Shown here piece by piece: positions 1 to 10,051 of a DNA stretch of 32,000 nt (position 1 is its first letter; the number at the start of each line of letters is the position of its first letter). Below the pieces are notes generated by a model. That model was given only the letters and a program-made list of their open reading frames with translations, searched no databases and was not told the origin of the DNA. Origin of the DNA: Caedibacter taeniospiralis (GTDB lineage: Bacteria > Pseudomonadota > Gammaproteobacteria > Francisellales > Francisellaceae); contig NZ_PGGB02000006.1 of NCBI RefSeq assembly GCF_002803295.2, positions 196-32,195 on the forward strand, given 5' to 3'. The position numbers and the translations under genes were made by a program.

Positions 1-1118
1 GCCAAAGAAAATCATCGCTTCATTGCGGCTGATATTTAGGCGAAATATTTCTCAGGCTGAGGAAAGGCGATATTTAGGTGTCATGTAGTGTGGTTGACGA
101 CATAAGCGATAACCAACCCTTAATTTAGATGAATATCTAAACAACTTTTCTAGTTCTTGGCGATCTTCTTTGGATACTAATTCTATATTTCTACGTAGGA
201 TTAATATGGCAAGTTTTAGCTCTTTATAACGCTCATCACTTAATTTTTTACGCAACCTAGCAAGCTCTGATTTGCGTATATCAACAAGGCATTGTCTATA
301 CTTTTTAGCAACATGAAATCGATCAACTATTACTGGAACTCTCCTTAAAGCCTCCAGAGAAGCATTAATATAACTTTCGTTCATATCACAACAAGTACCT
401 TCAATTGTAGGTTTCAATCTCGATGGAATTTGCTTCAAGAATGCTTTAACTGTCGCTTTTTCTCGACTTTTGAGCACAGCAATAATGCGCACTTTATCAT
501 TGAAGCGAGAGGTAATAATAGTTAGGTAATCACTGTATCCTTTTCTAATTGCAACTTCATCAATGCCAATTAATCCAAGTCTTGTGTAGTTGCTCCAGTC
601 AGCTTTTTTGGATACATTGGCTTCAAGGATGCGACCAATGGTGTCGGCACTTATATTTTCTTTGATAGCTACATCCTCCAATGTAGTATTGACCAACAAT
701 AGCATCAGATAATCTAAATAAGCCTTGGTGTATCTGCTTTTATAGTCATACCAGCTTAGACGCTGGTTTGTAGTTGGGTGTTCATCACAACTTTCGCATA
801 TACCTCGTTTGGCTTTTATGCGCAAATAACACTCATATCCATTCATTGGCAAATGACGAATCTCACGCATCTCTGCACACCCATTTGAGGTAGTAGGTCC
901 GTTGCATATCCGACACTTTACCTCATCAGTTGTACTTTCAACATCAATATAAATTTTATTACCAACTATTTTATAACCAGTAACTTGAGTGTCAGGAAGG
1001 TTGAGTAAATCATTCAAAAATTGATGCATTTTAGTAAGCACATAAAAATATTCAATTCCTTCATTTTACTGGCTTAAACACTCTTTTTCAACACCACATT
1101 TATTGCGGGAGAACCCCC
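1..1118 (-). mobile_element. ISL3-family insertion sequence, partial (runs off the left window edge); gene-proximal end inferred near 1118
   Basis: Contains the ISL3-type transposase ORF. About 75 nt upstream of its ATG, the minus strand reads GGGGGTTCTCCCGCAATAAATGTGGTGTTGAAAAAGAG (about 1080-1118), which looks like a G-rich ISL3-style terminal inverted repeat. The other end is outside the window, so the boundary is unverified. Confidence 0.5.
52..1041 (-). pseudogene. ISL3 family transposase, apparently interrupted by an in-frame TGA at 52-54
   Basis: The N-terminal CxxC...CxxC zinc-finger region (CRICNG...CESCDE) and the GIDEVAIRKG / CCDMNESY / VDRFHVAK blocks are typical of DDE_Tnp_ISL3. 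At 329 aa it is short for the family. After the TGA the same frame stays open for 17 codons to the window edge (EIFRLNISRNEAMIFFG). Confidence 0.6.
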
Positions 1119-1467
1119 TTTTGTGCAACTTCTATTTTAAAAAATGCTTGCAAGTGCATGAGTAAAGGTTGTAAGGTATCCATTGATAAGCCGCCACTGA
1201 GTTGATTTTTGCAGCCCTAAGATGCAGGGATAGTCTGCGGTTTGCAGCTCATCAGTAGCAAATGCTTATAAAATTTGGGAAAGTTAAGTTATCAATATTG
1301 ACCATGTTTACATGGAATACTGGAAACTATGAATAAAGAGTATGCAAAACAGATAATTAATCAAGCCACGCCTACTTTCATTGGTCAACAGTTAGTAAAT
1401 GCAAACACCGTGGCAGATACATTTAGGACTTACTATACAGTAGTAGCCGCCAATCAAAAGAAAACAA

Positions 1468-2334
1468 ATGCACCAAATTACGCCTATGGACATTAAAGAA
1501 ATTCGGGCTAAATCGATTGTCACAAAATCCAAATTGCCAGGCGCTGATTACGTCATCAATCCTTACGTAGGCTGTCAATTTGCCTGCACCTATTGTTATG
1601 CCAGTTTTATGGGGCGCTTTGTCAATGAACCTCTGGAAAATTGGGGGAATTATCTTTACGTCAAAATTAATGCAGTGGAATTATTTAGGTCAGAATACAA
1701 ACAACTTAAATCGATTGATAACCACCCACCAAGGCTTATGTTAAGTTCCGTGACAGATTGTTATCAAGGAGCTGAAAAACAATATGAATTGACGCGTGGT
1801 ATCTTAGCTCACTGCAATGAACAGCAATTTTCTGGTTTGATTAGTATATTGACCAAATCACCATTGGTACTTCGTGATGTGGATATTTTGAAAAATCTGC
1901 CTAATGTTGAAGTGGGTCTCACGGTCACATCGACAGAAGATAAAATCAGTCGCTTTTTAGAAATACACGCGCCTAGTGCAAAACGGCGATTTGATACCTT
2001 AGCCAAACTGAATGAGCAAGGCATTCAGACTTACGCCTTCATCGGACCACTCTTGCCTCACTTTCGATATGACGCAAAAAGTCTGGGTGAATTTATAAGC
2101 GCGTTGGCTGATACAGGCGTCAAAGCCGTCTACGTAGAACACATGAATTTAAAATCCTATATTCTTAAACGCGTGAATCCACAGCTTGCCGACAGTACAC
2201 CAGAAATACAGGGGTTATATAAACAAGCTAAACTTCAGCCACATCGAGACGCATTGCAGCAAATGATTCTACCTTTATTGGACAAGCATGGCTTACAACT
2301 TAAACTGAATGAAGTGATCTACCATCAAGCATAA
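1468..2334 (+). CDS. radical SAM protein, SplB / DNA-photolyase-like (COG1533-type)
   Basis: CxxxCxxC cluster motif in GCQFACTYCYA near the N-terminus. The ~288 aa length and overall layout resemble stand-alone SplB-like radical SAM proteins, and there is no SPASM-type Cys-rich C-terminus. The true start could be the Met at 1486. Confidence 0.7.
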   Translation: MHQITPMDIKEIRAKSIVTKSKLPGADYVINPYVGCQFACTYCYASFMGRFVNEPLENWGNYLYVKINAVELFRSEYKQLKSIDNHPPRLMLSSVTDCYQGAEKQYELTRGILAHCNEQQFSGLISILTKSPLVLRDVDILKNLPNVEVGLTVTSTEDKISRFLEIHAPSAKRRFDTLAKLNEQGIQTYAFIGPLLPHFRYDAKSLGEFISALADTGVKAVYVEHMNLKSYILKRVNPQLADSTPEIQGLYKQAKLQPHRDALQQMILPLLDKHGLQLKLNEVIYHQA

Positions 2335-2543
2335 AGTGGATCCATTTTTTTAAACGTTGCACTTTCTGCTTTGTCTCCATTGAAGTATGCCCGTATTTTA
2401 CAATGTCCAAAATTATCCGCGGCATGATTCATAAACATTTTGGCTTTATCACTACTTAATATTTCTTTCATGGATTGATCAACCAGATTACCCAACACCA
2501 TCGATAAGAAACGCAGAAGAGTTGATAAAAATTCAGATGACAA
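2325..2543 (-). pseudogene. possible remnant of an RND efflux permease N-terminus
   Basis: The 72-aa TTG-initiated ORF has a segment AKMFMNHAADNFGHCKIRAYFNGDKAESA. It parallels AcrB/MexB residues around [30 protein letters not shown] (M-[YF]-M...D..G...I...F..G..A[DE]). It lies directly downstream of the adaptor-like remnant. The call is weak and made by eye. Confidence 0.3.
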
Positions 2544-2612
2544 TATGGCTAAAATAGCTGTAATTCCTGACCTTAACCAAAGATTACCTCAACAGATTTC
2601 AGCCAGGATTAA

Positions 2613-2864
2613 TCAAAAACAGCTAAAGTCGAGTTTAATTGTAAAGGGTAAATTATGCAACCAGATAATCAATAATTCCCCTGGCTCTACGCCAGAACGA
2701 ATAATAGCAAGCCCCTCCTTACTGATGGCATCAATCACGATATGACGCTTATCCACTTTATTACCTTTGCTGATGAACAGATAAAAGCCATTGTCATCAC
2801 TTTTGATATAGTTCTGATCAACAGTAATGACCGATCTCTCAGGATCGATGATCTGAGTAGGACC
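2613..2864 (-). pseudogene. remnant of the C-terminal domain of an RND/HlyD-type periplasmic adaptor (membrane fusion protein)
   Basis: An open frame with no usable start codon translates to GPTQIIDPERSVITVDQNYIKSDDNGFYLFISKGNKVDKRHIVIDAISKEGLAIIRSGVEPGELLIIWLHNLPFTIKL*. This matches the usual adaptor C-terminal pattern (P..AV....g.yVfv..g....r.V..G.....g...I.sGl..GE.vi..G...L). The N-terminal three quarters are missing, because valS occupies that space. Confidence 0.5.
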
Positions 2865-2872
2865 CTTGAAAT

Positions 2873-5641
2873 TTATGCAAGCAATGCTTCCAATTTCTCA
2901 AACTGCGCCATTAGTTTGCTTTGTACCATCTGGTACTCCTGAAGCTTTTCCTTTTCTTTAAGCACCACATCTTCTGGCGCATTAGCGACAAATTTTTCAT
3001 TCGTCAACTTACTCATCAAACGTGAAATTTCTTTCTCTAGCTTTTCCTGCTCTTTTTTAAGGCGCGCCTGTTCGGCTGATACATCGATGAGTCCAGCTAA
3101 AGGAATATGCAACTCCATGCTGTCAACCAGACTTGTCGCTGACATCGGTACCTCATCGCTCACCATAATGTCAGAAACTTTTGCCATAGACTCTATAAGT
3201 GATTTTGTCGCTTCGAGTTTTATCAACTCATCGGTAGTTGCATTTTTAATATAAAGCGGAATACTTAAACCTGGCTTGATATTCATCTCAGATCGTATTG
3301 TACGGATGGTAACAATGACTTTTTTGAGCCACTCAACTTCGCTTGCTGCCTTTTCATTGACAAGATTTTCATCAAATAACGGAAATGAACTCACCATAAT
3401 CGAGGTTGACTCATCTAGAGTGAACCCTTTGACCTGAGTAAATATTTCCTCGGTAATAAACGGAATAATCGGATGCGCTATGCGCAGTATTCTATCCAGC
3501 ACACTGACCAGGGTATATTGCACAGCATGCCTGCGTGCCAGGGTAATGTCAGCATCACCAAGTGTTGCCTTGGCAAACTCAAGATACCAGTCACAATATT
3601 GATTCCAGACAAATTCATAAATGCTTTGCGCCAACAAATCAAAACGATAATTGGCAATATGTTTATGCACTTCAGCCACTATATTATTTAGTTCATGCCA
3701 GATCCACTGCTCCGCTGCCCCCATTTCATATTGATTACTTTCTCGATGGTAGCCATCTAGATTCATCATCACAAAGCGTGAGGCATTCCATAGTTTATTA
3801 CAAAAATTGCGATAACCTTCCATGCGCGATACATCAAAACAAATATCGCGAGAAGTGGAAGCCAATGCAGTAAAGGTAAAACGTAGTGCATCCGTCCCAT
3901 AAGCTTCAATGCCTTCAGGGAAATGTTTGCGCGTTTGTTTTTCCACTCTGGTCTTCATTTGCGGCTGCATTAAACTTTGTGTTCTTTTAGCCACCAAATC
4001 CTGAAGTGTGATACCATCGATCAAATCCACAGGATCAAGTACATTTCCCTTGGACTTAGACATTTTTTGTCCTTCTGCATCACGAATAAGTCCCGTAATA
4101 TAAATGTCTTTAAAGGGGATTTCTTTCATAAAATAAAGCCCAAACATCATCATGCGGGCAACCCAGAAAAAGATAATATCAAACCCGGTAACAAGCACAC
4201 TCGTGGGATAATATTTTTTAAGTTCTGCCGTTTTATGCGGCCAGCCTAAGGTTGAAAATGGCCAAAGTGCCGCAGAAAACCAGGTGTCAAAAACATCTTC
4301 ATCCTGATGCAGTTTTAGTCCCAAAGATAGCCCATATTTCGCGCGCACATCGACTTCTGATTCCCCGACATAGATATTTCCATTATCATCATACCAGGCG
4401 GGAATGCGATGCCCCCACCACAACTGACGGGAAATGCACCAGTCCTGTAAATCACGCATCCATGAATAATACGTATTTTTCCAGTTATCGGGAACAAAAC
4501 GGACCGCACCATTTTCCACGACTTCAAGCGCAGCCTTTCCCAGTTCACTTGCCTTAACAAACCATTGTTTGGTTAAGTAGGGCTCAAGAATAACCCCTGT
4601 TCTATCTCCCCTGGGCACTTTTAACGTATGCGGCTCCACCTTAATCAATAAACCTTGTTGCTCCATATCAAGAACGACTTGCTTACGCGCCTCAAAACGA
4701 TCTAACCCCTGGTAGTTTTGAGGGGCATTGTGATTCATTTTCGCTTCATCCGTTAAAATATTAATCATGGCTAGATTATGGCGTTTACCAATTTCATAGT
4801 CATTAAAGTCATGCGCGGGCGTGATTTTCACGCACCCTGTACCAAATAACATATCCACATAATCATCGGCAATAATCGGAATTTCGCGTTCCGTTAATGG
4901 CAGTTTTACCATTTTACCAATCAGGTCTTTATAACGCTCATCGTCAGGATTAACGGCAACAGCAACGTCTCCCAGCATCGTTTCGGGTCTCGTTGTCGCA
5001 ATCTCAATCTGCCCATTGCCATCGACAAGTGGATAGGCAAAATGCCATAAAAAACCTTTCTCTTCTTCTTGCACAACCTCTAAATCCGACACGGCAGTCA
5101 GTAGCACAGGATCCCAGTTGACCAGACGTTCACCGCGATAGATTAACCCATCTTCATAAAGTTTAATAAAACAGGTTTTCACTGCTTGCGATAGACCATC
5201 GTCCATGGTGAAGCGCTCGCGTGACCAATCACAAGACACACCCAAGCGGCGCATTTGTTTGCCAATTGAGCCACCAGAATATTCCTTCCACTGCCAGATT
5301 TTCTCAACAAATTTTTCACGTCCCAAATCGTGGCGTGTAATACCTTCGGCATGTAAATTTCTCTCAACGACCATTTGTGTCGCAATGCCTGCGTGATCTG
5401 TCCCTGGTTGCCATAGGGCATCACGACCCATCATGCGATGGTATCTCGTTAATAGATCCATTAGAGTATGTTGAAAACCATGTCCCATATGCAAAGTACC
5501 CGTGATATTGGGTGGCGGCAACATAATCGTGTAAGGAGTGACAGTGGTTTGCCCGCATCTAAATAAGCCTTTTTTCTCCCACTGCTCATAACATTGCTGT
5601 TCAAGTAACTTAGGATCATAATTTCTTTGCATTTCTGACAT
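2873..5641 (-). CDS. valS: valine--tRNA ligase
   Basis: Class I aaRS HIGH (PNITGTLHMGH) and KMSKS motifs are present, and the protein is colinear with E. coli ValS including the C-terminal coiled coil. I chose the Met at 5641 (MSEMQRNYDP...) because it aligns with the E. coli N-terminus and has an AAGGA upstream. The longest ORF extends to 5689. Confidence 0.95.
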   Translation of the reverse strand: MSEMQRNYDPKLLEQQCYEQWEKKGLFRCGQTTVTPYTIMLPPPNITGTLHMGHGFQHTLMDLLTRYHRMMGRDALWQPGTDHAGIATQMVVERNLHAEGITRHDLGREKFVEKIWQWKEYSGGSIGKQMRRLGVSCDWSRERFTMDDGLSQAVKTCFIKLYEDGLIYRGERLVNWDPVLLTAVSDLEVVQEEEKGFLWHFAYPLVDGNGQIEIATTRPETMLGDVAVAVNPDDERYKDLIGKMVKLPLTEREIPIIADDYVDMLFGTGCVKITPAHDFNDYEIGKRHNLAMINILTDEAKMNHNAPQNYQGLDRFEARKQVVLDMEQQGLLIKVEPHTLKVPRGDRTGVILEPYLTKQWFVKASELGKAALEVVENGAVRFVPDNWKNTYYSWMRDLQDWCISRQLWWGHRIPAWYDDNGNIYVGESEVDVRAKYGLSLGLKLHQDEDVFDTWFSAALWPFSTLGWPHKTAELKKYYPTSVLVTGFDIIFFWVARMMMFGLYFMKEIPFKDIYITGLIRDAEGQKMSKSKGNVLDPVDLIDGITLQDLVAKRTQSLMQPQMKTRVEKQTRKHFPEGIEAYGTDALRFTFTALASTSRDICFDVSRMEGYRNFCNKLWNASRFVMMNLDGYHRESNQYEMGAAEQWIWHELNNIVAEVHKHIANYRFDLLAQSIYEFVWNQYCDWYLEFAKATLGDADITLARRHAVQYTLVSVLDRILRIAHPIIPFITEEIFTQVKGFTLDESTSIMVSSFPLFDENLVNEKAASEVEWLKKVIVTIRTIRSEMNIKPGLSIPLYIKNATTDELIKLEATKSLIESMAKVSDIMVSDEVPMSATSLVDSMELHIPLAGLIDVSAEQARLKKEQEKLEKEISRLMSKLTNEKFVANAPEDVVLKEKEKLQEYQMVQSKLMAQFEKLEALLA

Positions 5642-5794
5642 GTAAAACGCCTTATCCTTAAATAGCCAAATCGAAAGTGAAGGTCGCATTTTATCACAGC
5701 GAGCAGGATTAAGTTCAAGGAAATTTTATTAAAAATTAAGGCTTAGACAAAATTTCGTCCTCCTGATCTCAACCTAAGTTATTTTACAGATTTC

Positions 5795-5824
5795 TAGCCA
5801 AGCCCATTCATTTTTTGCTACAAT
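5795..5824 (+). promoter_or_regulatory. putative sigma70 promoter for ettA (TAGCCA-N18-TGcTACAAT, extended -10)
   Basis: TACAAT lies at 5819-5824, preceded by TG at 5816-5817. A weak -35-like TAGCCA lies at 5795-5800. The site is about 60 nt upstream of the ettA ATG. Sequence pattern only. Confidence 0.3.
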
Positions 5825-5886
5825 CGCCTGCGTTACAGAAAGTGCGTAACTCCAGTAACTTAAAAAAACACTAAGGACCTCTTACA

Positions 5887-7566
5887 ATGTCTGAACAATA
5901 TATTTATTCGATGCACCGAGTCGGCAAAGTAGTGCCGCCTAATCGCTATATTCTAAAAGATATTTCACTGTCATTTTTTGATGGTGCAAAAATTGGCGTG
6001 TTAGGTTTAAATGGCTCTGGTAAGTCGACACTTTTGCGCATTATGGCGGGACTTGATACCGAGATTATTGGTGAAGCAGCACCACGCAAAGGAATTAAAA
6101 TCGCTTATTTGCCACAGGAGCCACAGCTTGACCCAAGCAAAGATGTCAAGGGCAATGTTGAAGAAGCCGTGGCTGATCTAAAGGCATTGGTGGTCCGTTT
6201 TGACGAGATCAGCATGAAATTCTGCGAGCCCATGTCTGATGATGAGATGAATAAACTCCTAGCTGAGCAGGGTGAGTTACAGAATAAAATTGATACCGCT
6301 GGTGCCTGGGAGATTGATCGCAAACTTGAGATTGCGGCTGACGCTTTGCGCTTACCCCCATGGGATGCTGACGTGTCAAAGCTTTCAGGAGGCGAGGTGC
6401 GTCGTGTTGCTTTATGCAAATTGCTCTTATCTTCTCCCGATATTCTACTTTTGGATGAGCCCACCAACCACTTGGATGCTGAAAGTGTTGCCTGGCTTGA
6501 GCGCTTCTTACAGGAATACAAGGGAACTGTCGTTGCGATCACCCATGATCGTTATTTCTTAGATAACGTAGCCGAGTGGATACTTGAACTTGATCGCGGT
6601 GAAGGTATTCCGTTTAAGGGGAATTACTCAAGCTGGCTAGAGCAAAAAGAAGCACGTCTTGCTCAAGAAGAGAAAAAACAAACTGCTCACCGAAAAGCGC
6701 TACAACAAGAGCTTGAATGGGTGCGTCAAAACGCCAAGGGTCGTCAAGCCAAGTCAAAAGCACGTCTGGCACGCTTTGATGAGTTAAGTTCACAAGAATT
6801 CCAGGAGCGCAATGCCACCCAAGATTTATACATCCCGCCAGGACCGCGCTTGGGCAATAAAGTCATCAATATTCAAAAAATCAGCAAGGGATTTGGCGAT
6901 AGATTGCTCATTAACGGCTTAGATTTTGAAGTACCCGTGGGTTCTATTGTCGGGATTATTGGTCCAAATGGCGCAGGTAAGTCCACCTTTTTTAAGATGA
7001 TTTCTGGTATTGAAACGCCTGACGCTGGCGATATCGAGTTTGGTGAAACCGTTGAACTTGCTTACGTCAATCAGTCACGTGATGCCTTAGATGGCAATAA
7101 AACCGTGTGGGAAGAAATCTCTGATGGTCTTGACGTCATTACAGTCGGCAAATATACCATTCCATCGCGTCAATATGTTGGACGCTTTAACTTCAAGGGA
7201 ACCGATCAGCAGAAATTTATTCATCAGTTATCAGGAGGGGAACGCAATCGCGTGCATTTAGCCAAGCTCTTACGTAAGGGTGGCAATGTGATTTTACTTG
7301 ATGAACCTACCAATGATCTCGATGTTGAGACATTACGCGCACTTGAAGAAGCCATCTTGACTTTCCCTGGTTCCATTATGATCATCTCACATGATCGCTG
7401 GTTCCTGGATCGCGTTGCAACACATATTCTTGCCTTTGAGGGGGAAAGTAATGTTGTATGGTTTGAGGGTAACTACGAAGCTTACATTGAAGATAAGAAA
7501 AAACGTCTAGGCGATGATTCTGTCGATCCTCATCGCATTAAATATAAAAAAATCACAGCAAAATGA
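5887..7566 (+). CDS. ettA: energy-dependent translational throttle protein EttA (ABC-F ATPase)
   Basis: The N-terminus [18 protein letters not shown]... is near-identical to E. coli EttA. It has two ABC cassettes (GLNGSGKST and GPNGAGKST Walker A; LSGGE signatures), no TM domain, and is ~555 aa. Confidence 0.95.
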   Translation: MSEQYIYSMHRVGKVVPPNRYILKDISLSFFDGAKIGVLGLNGSGKSTLLRIMAGLDTEIIGEAAPRKGIKIAYLPQEPQLDPSKDVKGNVEEAVADLKALVVRFDEISMKFCEPMSDDEMNKLLAEQGELQNKIDTAGAWEIDRKLEIAADALRLPPWDADVSKLSGGEVRRVALCKLLLSSPDILLLDEPTNHLDAESVAWLERFLQEYKGTVVAITHDRYFLDNVAEWILELDRGEGIPFKGNYSSWLEQKEARLAQEEKKQTAHRKALQQELEWVRQNAKGRQAKSKARLARFDELSSQEFQERNATQDLYIPPGPRLGNKVINIQKISKGFGDRLLINGLDFEVPVGSIVGIIGPNGAGKSTFFKMISGIETPDAGDIEFGETVELAYVNQSRDALDGNKTVWEEISDGLDVITVGKYTIPSRQYVGRFNFKGTDQQKFIHQLSGGERNRVHLAKLLRKGGNVILLDEPTNDLDVETLRALEEAILTFPGSIMIISHDRWFLDRVATHILAFEGESNVVWFEGNYEAYIEDKKKRLGDDSVDPHRIKYKKITAK

Positions 7567-7762
7567 GCGCCAGCAGACTCCGCCAAGGGCTGCTATTACC
7601 GCAGTTCAATCTTTCAAAATCCCCACGAACTTCTTCCCCATAAAACCTGTAAAATGATTTACGATGGGTATAGCGATAAATAGAAATATGCGCAATTTTC
7701 TAGTAAGTCATTTAGGCTTTAGGTAGGATGATTAGCAGTTTTATCTAAGTTCTATTTCAGCG

Positions 7763-8647
7763 ATGAAAAATGAGAAAAAAGCACTAATAGCATTACTGAT
7801 CACCGTGATTTTGTGGGCGTCTGCTTTTGTTGGCATACGCTATGTGATGGAGGTGTTTACTGCAGGAGGGTTGGCATTATCACGTTATTTTGTGGCATCT
7901 GTCGCAGTCATTGTGCCATTTGTGCTGGTAAAAAATAAAAAAATGCCTCAAATAAAGGATCTAATCCTATTTGCCATATTGGGTTTCTTTGGGTTTTTCA
8001 GCTATAACGTGCTGCTTAATGAGGGCGAGAAGACGGTGAGCGCTGGCTTGGCGAACTTCATTGTAGCTCAGCTGCCCATTATCGTCGCTATTTTGGCAAT
8101 AGTCTTTTTTAAGGAGCGGATTAATCGTTATGGGGTGCTGGGCTTTATTGTTAGTCTGTCAGGCATTCTTGTGATTTTGTTATCAAGTGAGCACGACGCA
8201 CAGCACACTGGAATTCTTTTGGTGTATGGAGCGACATTTGCAAACGCTACATATTCATGTATGCAGAAAAAACTGTTATCACGTTACCATCCAATTGAGG
8301 TAGTAAGCTACTGTATATGGTTTGGGACACTCGCGCTGATGCTTTATTTACCTGAAGCTCTAAGCAAAATCACCATAGCGGACTGGTCGCATTTATTAGT
8401 GATTATCTATATGGGTATTTTTCCTGGTGCAATTGCTTATTTATTATGGGGCTATGCGTTTAAATACATCAAAGCAACAGCCGCCTCAAGCGCTTTGTAT
8501 ATGGTGCCTATTTTCACCCTGATATTGGCAGCTGTTTTTTTAGCAGAAATCCCCAATGTGGGGGCGGTTATCGGTGGGATCATTGCTGTAATAGGCTCCC
8601 TTGTGATTAGTCGTTACGGGGTTTGTGTGCCGCGAAAAAATCAATGA
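7763..8647 (+). CDS. DMT superfamily (EamA-domain) transporter
   Basis: About 10 predicted TM helices in two EamA-like halves, 294 aa. The WASAFVGIR start is typical of RhaT/EamA family permeases. Confidence 0.8.
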   Translation: MKNEKKALIALLITVILWASAFVGIRYVMEVFTAGGLALSRYFVASVAVIVPFVLVKNKKMPQIKDLILFAILGFFGFFSYNVLLNEGEKTVSAGLANFIVAQLPIIVAILAIVFFKERINRYGVLGFIVSLSGILVILLSSEHDAQHTGILLVYGATFANATYSCMQKKLLSRYHPIEVVSYCIWFGTLALMLYLPEALSKITIADWSHLLVIIYMGIFPGAIAYLLWGYAFKYIKATAASSALYMVPIFTLILAAVFLAEIPNVGAVIGGIIAVIGSLVISRYGVCVPRKNQ

Positions 8648-8730
8648 ATCAGGTGCAAATCCTTGTGTTTAAAATGATGATTTGGAACAATAGCCCGCAT
8701 GAGTGGACAGTTAAACGATAGCTTACGACG

Positions 8731-9198
8731 ATGATGCAGCAGAAAATGGGGTTAAAAGGACGGATTCTGCATATGCTTTTATTTGAATTTGTGGCACTTG
8801 TGATCGTTATCCCCCTGTCATACTTTGTACTCAATAAAAATTCTGTATCCTTAGGTATTCTCGCGGTTATTCTCGCCATTGCGGCTATGCTGTGGAATTT
8901 TATCTATAACTGGCTGTTTGATATAGTTGAAAACAAGTTAGGAGGTATACGTTTCAAGCGTAACCTTTGGCTTAGGACCGTACATGCTTTGTTGTTTGAG
9001 TTAAGCCTTTGTTTGGTAAGCGTGCCATTTGTGATCATGTTGTTACATTTGCCCTTTTTGGCGGCGTTTACGGTGAACCTGGGTTTTATATTCTTTTACT
9101 TGTGCTATGCGCTTGTTTTTAATTATATTTACGATCAGATTTATGTGAAATATTTAAATCTTCAATTCAAGAAAAATAAGGGACTTAAGAATGGTTAA
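8731..9198 (+). CDS. PACE family (AceI-like) efflux transporter
   Basis: It has two tandem bacterial-transmembrane-pair halves. Each carries the PACE motifs R..H..LFE (RILHMLLFEF; RTVHALLFEL) and WN..YN..FD-like (LWNFIYNWLFD; LVFNYIYDQIY). Its ~150 aa size matches AceI. Confidence 0.8.
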   Translation: MMQQKMGLKGRILHMLLFEFVALVIVIPLSYFVLNKNSVSLGILAVILAIAAMLWNFIYNWLFDIVENKLGGIRFKRNLWLRTVHALLFELSLCLVSVPFVIMLLHLPFLAAFTVNLGFIFFYLCYALVFNYIYDQIYVKYLNLQFKKNKGLKNG

Positions 9199-10051
9199 CG
9201 CGCAAATTTGTTTTTTGGGTGGCGGCAATATGGCAATGAGCATTATTGCAGGTTTAGTGAGTGATGGTGTTTCGCCAAAATCAATCACTGTGGTTGATAG
9301 ACATCAGGAAAAGTTAGAGAGTTTAAATCAACTTTTTCACGTGAAAACAACTGTAGATCTGACAAGTGCGGTTAAAGCTGCAGATATTCTCATACTTTGC
9401 GTTAAGCCTCAGTCGCTAAAAGAGCTTATTTTGTCGATCAAGAGTGAACTAAACAGGCAAAGCAAGCCCTTATTTGTCTCGATCGTGGCAGGCATTACGC
9501 TCGCGCAAATTAAAAATTGGCTAGTGAGTGATTATGCCCTTGTCAGAGCGATGCCAAACACCCCAAGTCTTATTGGTTGCGGCGCTAGTGCGCTCTTTGC
9601 CAATGAGCATGTATCGCGCCAGCAAAAAGAAATGGCAGAGCAAATTATGCGTAAAGTAGGCGTAGTGACTTGGGTTCAGGAGGAGTCTTTAATCGATGTG
9701 GCAACTGCTATTTCAGGTTCAGGTCCTGCGTATTTCTTTTTGATGATGGAACATATGATTGATGCAGCAATCAACCTTGGATTGACCGAAAAACAGGCGA
9801 TCTTGCTGGTGACACAAACAGCTTTTGGCGCAAGTAAAATGGCATTAGAAAGTGTACACACTCTTTCAAGCTTGAGGCAAAAGGTGACTTCAAAAGGCGG
9901 GGTTACTGCGGCAGCATTAAAAGCATTTGCCGAAACGGGCTTTAAAGAAAGTATTCAACAGGCGATCGAACAAAATCTGTTGCGCTCGCACGAGCTTGCC
10001 CAGCAGTTTGGCAGTGTACTTACTCATGATGGACAAAAGGATAAAGTATGA
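9191..10051 (+). CDS. proC: pyrroline-5-carboxylate reductase
   Basis: N-terminal Rossmann motif ICFLGGGNMA and a P5CR C-terminal dimerisation region (VTSKGGVTAAAL). The start overlaps the upstream PACE gene stop by 8 nt. Confidence 0.92.
   Translation: MVNAQICFLGGGNMAMSIIAGLVSDGVSPKSITVVDRHQEKLESLNQLFHVKTTVDLTSAVKAADILILCVKPQSLKELILSIKSELNRQSKPLFVSIVAGITLAQIKNWLVSDYALVRAMPNTPSLIGCGASALFANEHVSRQQKEMAEQIMRKVGVVTWVQEESLIDVATAISGSGPAYFFLMMEHMIDAAINLGLTEKQAILLVTQTAFGASKMALESVHTLSSLRQKVTSKGGVTAAALKAFAETGFKESIQQAIEQNLLRSHELAQQFGSVLTHDGQKDKV

Noticed and set aside
1329-1505. 58-aa ORF (MNKEYAKQIINQATPTFIGQQLVNANTVADTFRTYYTVVAANQKKTNAPNYAYGH) overlapping the start of the radical SAM gene, considered as a possible RiPP precursor plus maturase pair
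   Set aside because: The radical SAM protein is SplB-like with no SPASM or RiPP-recognition domain. The peptide has no Cys or obvious core/leader organisation and has a weak SD. It overlaps the enzyme's likely start. The region may simply be disturbed by the adjacent IS.
2335-2360. TGGATCCA followed by T7 after the radical SAM stop, considered as a rho-independent terminator
   Set aside because: The palindrome has no loop and only 4 bp per arm, so it cannot form a stable terminator hairpin.
2545-2942. Plus-strand ORFs 2545-2745 and 2742-2942
   Set aside because: They are antisense to the adaptor-protein remnant and to the valS 3' end, and show no motif or SD support.
3473-5424. Multiple 60-145-aa ORFs antisense to or overlapping valS, and similar sets inside ettA, ileS, nrdA, nrdB, msbA, lpxK and the FUSC gene
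   Set aside because: All are nested in well-supported conserved genes, have low-complexity or biased composition, and lack recognisable motifs. They are frame-shadow artefacts.
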